A stretch of 10,234 nucleotides of DNA. Source: Bdellovibrionota bacterium (GTDB taxonomy: Bacteria > Bdellovibrionota > UBA1018 > UBA923). The position numbers and the translations under genes are program-made. The stretch lies in the NCBI GenBank assembly GCA_040754655.1, contig JBFMCE010000112.1, positions 1 to 10,234 on the forward strand. The letters run 5' to 3'. This document shows positions 1 through 5,746 of the stretch, piece after piece (within the stretch, counting starts at the first letter, position 1; the number at the start of each line of letters is the position of its first letter). The notes beneath the pieces were generated by a model. The model worked only from the letters and a program-made list of their open reading frames with translations. It was not told where the DNA came from and did no database searches.

Positions 1-896
1 ATTTCAGCGTTGTAAAGTTGGCAGTAATGTTCGTGCACAAGGCGAACCACATCTGTCTTGGTTGCATCGGCAGCTGTCGCGAGTCTTTCTTCGCGCAATA
101 TCCAGCTCCCATCACTCTTGTTCTCTGGGTCGTCTTTGTGGGCGAGGTAGGGGAGGCCTTCTGAACCTGTAAGTTCTTTGTTGAGTGCGATCAAGCGAAG
201 CACTTCTTTTGAAGTTGCTTCAGTTGCTACAAGCGTAGGGTTTGTAGAGCGGAGTGCATGCATGCGTGCGCAAAATTCGAGATCGGTATCTAGAGTGGTT
301 TTTTCTTTTGTATCCGCGAGGTCATGGAATCCGATCAACCGCACAGTGAGGTGTTTTTTGACTTGATTGGCAATGTAGCAGATGCCTTGGTCATCATAAC
401 GCAGGGTCAATTTTTCAAAAGCCTCATAATTTTCTGTCCTAAACGAGTCATCGCCTTCGGGCACGAGCATGCGAAGCTGCCAAAGGTTGTAAGCCAACTC
501 TTTAACGTCAAACTCGCGTGTCTCAGTGATTTCTAAAACTCGGCTTCGATCATCTGTTTTGATGGTGTAGCTTAGTCTTCGAAGGCCGTACGGGGTGAAT
601 GTGCTTGAAAGGGCACGTCCTTGAATCAATCTTGATCGCAGCTCTGCAATGCCACGATCATCGTAAGTCAAAGTGACCGTGCGATTAGTTCGATCTTCAG
701 TTCTTGCATCGGGATCTTCATTAATCCGGTAGTGCCCCCCTTGTGAGATCGAAATCAAGCCATAAAGGCTGTTGCGGGCATCGCATTCAAAAACATAACC
801 ACCAGAAGCATTGGCGGGTCTGGCAGTGAAAGAAAGCATCGAGAAATAACACAGAACAAACACAACAATAGCCGGCCAAAAAGCTCTAAAGCGCAT
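1..896 (-). CDS. Secreted hypothetical protein, 3'-truncated by the window edge (at least 298 aa); absent from the supplied ORF track
   Basis: Manual translation from ATG 896-894 is stop-free to base 1: MRFRAFWPAIVVFVLCYFSMLSFTARPANA|SGGYVFECDARNSLYG...DVVRLVHEHYCQLYNAE. A GAGGA SD-like site (910-906) lies 9 nt upstream. The N-terminus is a Sec-type signal peptide ending in A-N-A. No family recognised. Confidence 0.85.
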   Translation of the reverse strand, partial: MRFRAFWPAIVVFVLCYFSMLSFTARPANASGGYVFECDARNSLYGLISISQGGHYRINEDPDARTEDRTNRTVTLTYDDRGIAELRSRLIQGRALSSTFTPYGLRRLSYTIKTDDRSRVLEITETREFDVKELAYNLWQLRMLVPEGDDSFRTENYEAFEKLTLRYDDQGICYIANQVKKHLTVRLIGFHDLADTKEKTTLDTDLEFCARMHALRSTNPTLVATEATSKEVLRLIALNKELTGSEGLPYLAHKDDPENKSDGSWILREERLATAADATKTDVVRLVHEHYCQLYNAE

Positions 897-960
897 AAAG
901 GTAGGTCCTCAAAGTTAAGGGCGTTTTGCCGGTTGTCTTTACCACAACGCGATAAAATAT

Positions 961-973
961 TAAATATTTGATG
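961..973 (-). promoter_or_regulatory. IHF-like binding site (one mismatch) in a divergent intergenic region
   Basis: Minus strand reads CATCAAATATTTA versus consensus WATCAANNNNTTR. It overlaps the inverted repeat AAATAT-taa-ATATTT (955-969) and is near-identical to the site at 3236-3248. Confidence 0.35.
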
Positions 974-1107
974 CTTTTGGGTGCTTATTTTAGCCTGCCA
1001 GGCGTAAAGCACCAAATGACTCAGTAAATCGGGCTTGTTCCAAACCCAACACATCGCGCCTATCTCTTTCGGAATTGGGTCACTATATTGCAGGTAAAGA
1101 AGCGTGT

Positions 1108-1971
1108 ATGGCGTTTAGATCCATTCTTATTGCCGGCGCAGGAACGATGGGGCGAGGAATCGCTGAGCTCGTAGCTCTTGCGGGGTTTGAAGTTCAGCTC
1201 TGGGACCACTTTCCCAGCCAGTTGGGGCGCGCCTCAGCGGCCATCGAAAAGGCGCTTCGCAAGCAGAAGGCCATTGGAAGGATTTCTGAGAATCAATTCA
1301 ACCTGACGCTTGAACGCATTCGTTTGATCTCTGACCTTAAAATCGCCCATTCGAAGACGGATTTGGTGATTGAAAGCGTCGTTGAAGACATGGAGATCAA
1401 GAAGAGCCTTTTTTCAGAAATCGAACGCCATATTCCCAACGCTTGGTTCATTTCCCACACCTCTAGCTTGAGCATCGAAGGTTTGGCTTCAGGGTTGAAG
1501 CGGCCAGAGCGTTTGATCGGGATGCATTTCTTCAATCCGGCTCCCGTCATGCCGTTGGTTGAGATCGTGTACTCGATCCGCACTGATAAGGCGTGGGTTC
1601 AAAATGCGGTGAAGCTGGCCGAGCATGACTTGGGCAAACAAACCATCGTTGTTCGCGATTCCCCCGGGTTCGCGTCGAGCAGGCTCGGCACGTCGATCGC
1701 CCTGGAAGCCATGCGCATGGTTGAAGATCGGGTGGCCTCAATCGAAGATATTGATAAGGCTATGGAGTTCGGCTACCGGCACCCGATGGGACCGCTCAGG
1801 CAGTCTGACTGGATCGGCCTTGATGTGAGGCTGAAGGTCGCTCAGGTTTTGTATCGTGAGTTGAAATCCGAGGCTTTTAAACCGCCCCGGCTTTTGGAAG
1901 AAATGGTCGCTCAGGGCAAACTCGGGAAGAAAAGCGGCGAAGGTTTTTACAAATGGCCTAAGGAGTCATGA
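1108..1971 (+). CDS. 3-hydroxyacyl-CoA (3-hydroxybutyryl-CoA-type) dehydrogenase, stand-alone NAD-dependent, 287 aa
   Basis: Rossmann motif IAGAGTMGRGIA, DLVIESVVEDMEIKK, SHTSSL, catalytic His/Glu motif GMHFFNPAPVMPLVE, DSPGF, HPMGPL...DWIGLD, GKLGKKSGEGFY. ATG 1108 is preferred to TTG 1075 because the GxGxxG motif normally begins within about 10 aa of the start. Confidence 0.95.
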   Translation: MAFRSILIAGAGTMGRGIAELVALAGFEVQLWDHFPSQLGRASAAIEKALRKQKAIGRISENQFNLTLERIRLISDLKIAHSKTDLVIESVVEDMEIKKSLFSEIERHIPNAWFISHTSSLSIEGLASGLKRPERLIGMHFFNPAPVMPLVEIVYSIRTDKAWVQNAVKLAEHDLGKQTIVVRDSPGFASSRLGTSIALEAMRMVEDRVASIEDIDKAMEFGYRHPMGPLRQSDWIGLDVRLKVAQVLYRELKSEAFKPPRLLEEMVAQGKLGKKSGEGFYKWPKES

Positions 1972-3103
1972 GGAAACGAAAGACTTGCGCCCTGGGCCTT
2001 TCATCGTAACCCAAGAGCTCCATGAAGCCTGTCGCTGAGATTTCTGCCGAATCCAGTTGACCGTAAGCTTCGATCAATCCCCTCCAGGTCGCCGTGAACA
2101 GTGATTTCGTGGCGTCAATCTCTTGCATCTCAACTGAGGGTTTCACGATCAATTCAAGTTTCAGGTGATCAATGCGGATTCGGCGCCGAAGGGGGTAACG
2201 CGCGCCCGTTTGGGGGCTCTTCGCATATTCTATGTTTTCGATCTCAACTTCAGTCGCGATGAGATGCTTGGATTCGCCCGTGTCTTCGATCCAACTTCCC
2301 ACGACCGTCTCATCGTGCAAAAACAAGATGAGTTCTTGCCCAGAGTTGAATTGCAGTGCGATTCGGCTGAGTTCCGCCGCGCCTTCATCGCGCAAGGGCG
2401 TCTTTTTTTCGTGGTCAAACCAGGCTAAGCCTTGGACTTCTTCCAACGCCCCATCTATGACGAGAAGGCCTTTGGCCTTCATGCGCGGGTAGCTGCAAAC
2501 GTAGTTGTGATCGATGTAACCTTTTTGGCCATGAAAACTCATGGGCTTTGATTCTTGAAGTTCTAAATGCAAACTTTCATTGTCGCCGTTCGCGAAAACC
2601 GTGATTGAACCTTTTTCATTCCGATAGGCATGCCATCCCGACATTTCGACGTGAAACCGTCCTTCAGAAGCGAAGCCAGTTTTTTTTGAAAAAAAACCGC
2701 CTTGCTGCCAAGAACGAAAGGCCCTTGACGCATCAGCGTTCAATCGATCGGTGAGCGCGAATTGAGCCGAAAAAGAGCGTTGAGTGATCCAGCGCGCAGG
2801 AATGGCGCCTAAAAAATCGTTCTGCGTTCGATGGTCAAAAAACGAGAGCTGAAAACCATAAGTCCTACCCCGCATGGTGTGGAGAGCGCCCCAGAAAAGC
2901 CATCTCTGCGATTGTTTGTCTCGCCACGAAGTCAGTGCTTGGCTTTCACTGCGAAAACGTTCGATCTCAGGGCCAAAGGCTTCTGCAGGGGTAAGTAACG
3001 GAAACTTTTGAGTCGGCACGAGGCCTGTCAGGACCCGTAATTTTCGCTGCCATGAACTTAGCCGATCAAAGAATTTAGGAAGGACCTGTTTTTGTTTATT
3101 CAT
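1958..3103 (-). CDS. AttH/CrtC-like lipocalin-like domain protein (divergent), 381 aa
   Basis: Family motifs occur in the expected order: RWLFWG...YGFQLSFF, AQFALTD, SKPMSFHGQKG, YVCSYPRM, VQGLAWFDHE, LQFNSGQEL, SPQTGARYP, QEI, TWRG, ATGFMELLGY. No signal peptide or SD is evident, so the start is uncertain. Confidence 0.8.
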   Translation of the reverse strand: MNKQKQVLPKFFDRLSSWQRKLRVLTGLVPTQKFPLLTPAEAFGPEIERFRSESQALTSWRDKQSQRWLFWGALHTMRGRTYGFQLSFFDHRTQNDFLGAIPARWITQRSFSAQFALTDRLNADASRAFRSWQQGGFFSKKTGFASEGRFHVEMSGWHAYRNEKGSITVFANGDNESLHLELQESKPMSFHGQKGYIDHNYVCSYPRMKAKGLLVIDGALEEVQGLAWFDHEKKTPLRDEGAAELSRIALQFNSGQELILFLHDETVVGSWIEDTGESKHLIATEVEIENIEYAKSPQTGARYPLRRRIRIDHLKLELIVKPSVEMQEIDATKSLFTATWRGLIEAYGQLDSAEISATGFMELLGYDERPRAQVFRFLMTP

Positions 3104-3333
3104 ATGGATTGAGGGCTAAATCTATAAAGAGTTTTGAACTTATCTTTGTCTAAGATGGCTAATGCATTTACGCAAGACCAGGCTAAAGCCCTTAAATTGT
3201 TATTATTGTGTAACATGATCTATAAAACCTTTTAATATCAAATAGTTAAATCGCAAACTAATACTTGATCAATTTAGTATAAATTGTGAAAATAGCTAGG
3301 TTAACTCATTTATGAGTTTGGATTGAGGGACGT
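3104..3333. promoter_or_regulatory. AT-rich divergent promoter region
   Basis: 230 bp between head-to-head genes. Hand count gives 31 G+C in 120 nt over 3181-3300 (about 26%), visibly lower than the flanking CDS. It contains an IHF consensus match, the palindrome TTGATCAA (3265-3272) and the inverted repeat AATTTA-gta-TAAATT (3271-3285) over the -10-like hexamers TAGTAT/TATAAA. Confidence 0.6.
3236..3248 (+). promoter_or_regulatory. IHF consensus binding site
   Basis: TATCAAATAGTTA is an exact match to WATCAANNNNTTR, with an A/T-rich tract immediately 5' (tataaaaccttttaa). Confidence 0.45.
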
Positions 3334-5046
3334 ATGCCGACCATGGGGTTTATTTGGGGACGGAAGAAAAAGTTTTTAAGCGCTGCTCAAAGCTTCGGAT
3401 GCGGCATGGCCTGCCTTGCAGGCCTTGCGAGCGTATCGTGTTCGCCCGCATTGCTTAACGCCGCCAGACAAGCGCTGTTAGCTTCTTCTAGCTCATCTTC
3501 CTCGAACTCGAGCAGCGGCGTGGCAGATATCGCCTTTGATGGCGATGGCTATCGTCTCACCCAAACTGGAGCAAGCACCCTGGCTGGTGGAAGCAACGAG
3601 GAAGTCTTTGACGTCAAGGTAGATTCCTCGGGACGCACTGTCGTCGTGGGCTATAGCGAAAATGCAGGCGGCGACAACATCGCGTTCGTCGCCCGTTATT
3701 TGAACAATGGCACTCTCGATACATCGTTTGGTGGCGGCGACGGGATATACTTCGGACGCACCGATGCAACCACAAGCTTGTTTTTAGGCGGTGGCGCCGA
3801 CAAATGGGAGTCGGTTGCGATTGATTCTTCGACAGGAGACATTTTCGTATCCGGTGATTCTGCCGTGAGCGTCGCTCCAGACCAACGAAAAGCGGTGCTG
3901 ATGAAACTCAGCTCAAGCGGGGCTCTCGACACCACCTTCAACAATCCTGACGGGTATGTGATCACAGAAATCCCAGGGGGGCTCGGATTCGCTCAAGAAG
4001 CAGTTGCCGGTGCGAATGATTATTACTCAGAAGGAAAGAAAGTTTTAACGTCGACTGGCAATACGGTCCTCATGGCAGGCACTGCTTATGCCCAGTCAGC
4101 GGGCGCTTGCGGAACGATGTGGAGCTGGTATGTCGCGCGATACACCAGCGCTGGCGCGCTTGATACTTCGTTCGGTGAAGGAGCAGGGCCGCGCACAGGA
4201 TACAGGCTGAGTTCATATTGCAATGGCGGCGTTTTCACAGCCGCTCCTTGGGGAGGTACGGCAGTCGTATTAAAGAGCCTCGCTCAAAACCAGGCCACAG
4301 GTCAAATCATCGTAGTAGGCAATGTCAACGTGACCAGCAACCAAGCAGTGGTTGCGGCGTATGAGACCGATGGTGATTTTGATACGACGTTCAATACCAC
4401 GGGTTATAACGTCGCAGGCGACAATGACTTTGGCGATGGCGCTGGAACTGACGAAGAAAGCCTTTACGGGCTCGCAATCGACGGCTCAGGGCGGATCATC
4501 ACCGTTGGGTTTGCCAAACGTGGCGGCGGCACAGAAACCTCATCGTTGATCGCAAGATACACCGCTGCTGGCATATTAGATACGACGTTCAATACTCCGG
4601 GTACTGACGGTTTTCATGAAGGCCTTGACTACAATGCGGCTGGGTTTAGCGGGTCTTATACGCGAGAAAACTTTTATAAGGTGCTCATCGACTCTGCGAC
4701 CGGAAAATACATCGCCGTGGGTGCGGCTGGTTGTGACTACGGATTGACTGCTGCGCCTACCCAGAGTTGCGGCCGAGGTTTGATCGTACGGTTCAATACG
4801 GATGGCACGGTCGATACGGCGTTCAATGCCGCTGCGACATTCCCGGGCGCGGCCGGTTCTATTCTCGGTCCAGACCCCACTTATGGCGGCGGTACTTCAG
4901 GTGGCGGCACATGGCGCGAATTGTTCAGGGTTATCGCAGAGCACCCGCTCGGGAAGTTCGTGGTTGCGGGTCCATCGCGAACGGCTGCGAGCGAGAATCG
5001 CGGCCTCGTGCTTCGATTCGACAGCTCGTGGAACTTAGACAACTAG
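3334..5046 (+). CDS. Delta-60 repeat (DUF5122-type) beta-propeller protein, probable lipoprotein, 570 aa
   Basis: Repeated unit (A/L)R(Y/F)xxxGxLDT(S/T)F-x2-4-G plus (A/V)(I/V)DxxG(R/K)I(V/I)xVG. DxxF cores lie at aa 65, 129, 199, 277, 350, 416 and 494. Basic N-region RKKK, lipobox-like LASVS-C36, then a poly-Ser linker. GAGGG lies upstream of ATG 3334; ATG 3343 is an alternative start. Confidence 0.88.
   Translation: MPTMGFIWGRKKKFLSAAQSFGCGMACLAGLASVSCSPALLNAARQALLASSSSSSSNSSSGVADIAFDGDGYRLTQTGASTLAGGSNEEVFDVKVDSSGRTVVVGYSENAGGDNIAFVARYLNNGTLDTSFGGGDGIYFGRTDATTSLFLGGGADKWESVAIDSSTGDIFVSGDSAVSVAPDQRKAVLMKLSSSGALDTTFNNPDGYVITEIPGGLGFAQEAVAGANDYYSEGKKVLTSTGNTVLMAGTAYAQSAGACGTMWSWYVARYTSAGALDTSFGEGAGPRTGYRLSSYCNGGVFTAAPWGGTAVVLKSLAQNQATGQIIVVGNVNVTSNQAVVAAYETDGDFDTTFNTTGYNVAGDNDFGDGAGTDEESLYGLAIDGSGRIITVGFAKRGGGTETSSLIARYTAAGILDTTFNTPGTDGFHEGLDYNAAGFSGSYTRENFYKVLIDSATGKYIAVGAAGCDYGLTAAPTQSCGRGLIVRFNTDGTVDTAFNAAATFPGAAGSILGPDPTYGGGTSGGGTWRELFRVIAEHPLGKFVVAGPSRTAASENRGLVLRFDSSWNLDN
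4381..4595 (+). repeat. 17-nt exact direct repeat within the delta-60 gene
   Basis: GATACGACGTTCAATAC at 4381-4397 and 4579-4595, 198 nt (66 codons) apart; both copies encode DTTFNT of adjacent protein repeats. Confidence 0.8.
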
Positions 5047-5051
5047 GCTCG

Positions 5052-5077
5052 TGCCGGCTTGGTTAAGGAAGCTGGTA
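5052..5077 (+). terminator. Weak stem-loop after the delta-60 gene (possible terminator or stability hairpin)
   Basis: TGCCGGCTT-ggttaagg-AAGCTGGTA forms a 9-bp stem including two G-U pairs, starting 5 nt after the stop. The U-tract is poor (acctttc). Confidence 0.3.
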
Positions 5078-5112
5078 ACCTTTCAGATTCGGTTTAGGTG
5101 CGATCACGACGG

Positions 5113-5141
5113 TTGCGGGCGTACCGTAAATCCCGTAAAAT
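5113..5141 (+). promoter_or_regulatory. Putative sigma70 promoter giving a leaderless transcript
   Basis: TTGCGG (5113-5118), 17-nt spacer, TAAAAT (5136-5141), then 6 nt to ATG 5148. No SD is present. Confidence 0.55.
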
Positions 5142-5147
5142 GATTTC

Positions 5148-5729
5148 ATGAAATCTCTTAAGACTTCGCTGGCTTTGTCGGTCATTTCGCTCGCAGTTCT
5201 TTCATGCGCTCAACCTCAAGTTCAACCTGAACACGACGATCAATTTGATGCTGATCTCTGCAGCGAGCAAATGGGTTACGAACGCGGTATGAATGATGGT
5301 CGATCAGGCAAGACGATGAGTTCGAAGTTTACTCTGCGCTGTCGTGAAGACTTGCGCGCTTCGGCGCAAAAAGGGTACCGCGAAGGTTATCAAGAGGGTT
5401 CAAAGGTTTTTCAAGAAGAGCAGAAAAATCGCCGCGACCGACAGCCTCCGGTTGTTGGGTGGCCAAATCCCACCGGAACAGGCACGACGACGACCGGTTC
5501 TGGCAGACCCTCGATCAATATCAATATCGGTGGAAGTCAGAACACAGTTCCCGCTGCCGCAACTAGCAGCAATCCGCGCGCTTATTTTTGCAAGGTGCGC
5601 GCGTTCACGACTGACTTTGAAGACTTTGGGACGACCAAGCTTGAAGCACAGAAGAAAGTTCAAGGCGCTTGCGCGACGAGGTATCACCGCATGCATTGCG
5701 AAGACGTCGAATGCCAGGTGAATGAGTAG
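5148..5729 (+). CDS. Cys-rich modular lipoprotein (DUF2799-like N-domain, T/G/P-rich linker, four-Cys C-domain), 193 aa
   Basis: MKSLK, hydrophobic core, lipobox VLS-C20. C...GYERGMNDGRSG...C...GYREGYQEG resembles DUF2799 repeats. Linker PNPTGTGTTTTGSG. C-terminal YFC...FGTTKLEAQKKVQGAC...C....C. Confidence 0.85.
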   Translation: MKSLKTSLALSVISLAVLSCAQPQVQPEHDDQFDADLCSEQMGYERGMNDGRSGKTMSSKFTLRCREDLRASAQKGYREGYQEGSKVFQEEQKNRRDRQPPVVGWPNPTGTGTTTTGSGRPSININIGGSQNTVPAAATSSNPRAYFCKVRAFTTDFEDFGTTKLEAQKKVQGACATRYHRMHCEDVECQVNE

Positions 5730-5746
5730 GAAAAAGCCGTTCCGAA

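Noticed and set aside
178..1054. Track ORFs 178-366 (+), 324-536 (+) and 755-1054 (-)
   Set aside because: They are shadows of the longer minus-strand gene starting at 896, which has an SD and signal peptide; 755-1054 overlaps it out of frame.
1077..1092. GG-N10-GC element (GGGTCAC-TATA-TTGCA) as a sigma54 promoter for the dehydrogenase
   Set aside because: Spacing and TTGCA fit, but the -24 box lacks the CAC in register and the leader would be only about 5 nt; too weak to call.
1075..1107. TTG 1075 as the dehydrogenase start
   Set aside because: It adds 11 residues ahead of the usual family N-terminus and has no SD; ATG 1108 fits better.
3114..3190. Three GGCTAA copies (3114, 3157, 3181) as an operator array
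   Set aside because: Short, irregularly spaced (43 and 24 nt) and compatible with chance.
3520..5040. Delta-60 DNA repeats as a CRISPR array or DGR template/variable repeat pair
   Set aside because: The repeats are short, in frame and explained by the protein repeat; there is no spacer periodicity, no long near-identical pair and no cas or reverse transcriptase gene.
5041..5056. Minus-strand CGGCACG-AGCC-TAGTT (and plus-strand CGGCACG-AGGC-CTGT at 3014) as sigma54 promoters
   Set aside because: The -12 boxes are poor, and both would fire antisense into coding sequence.
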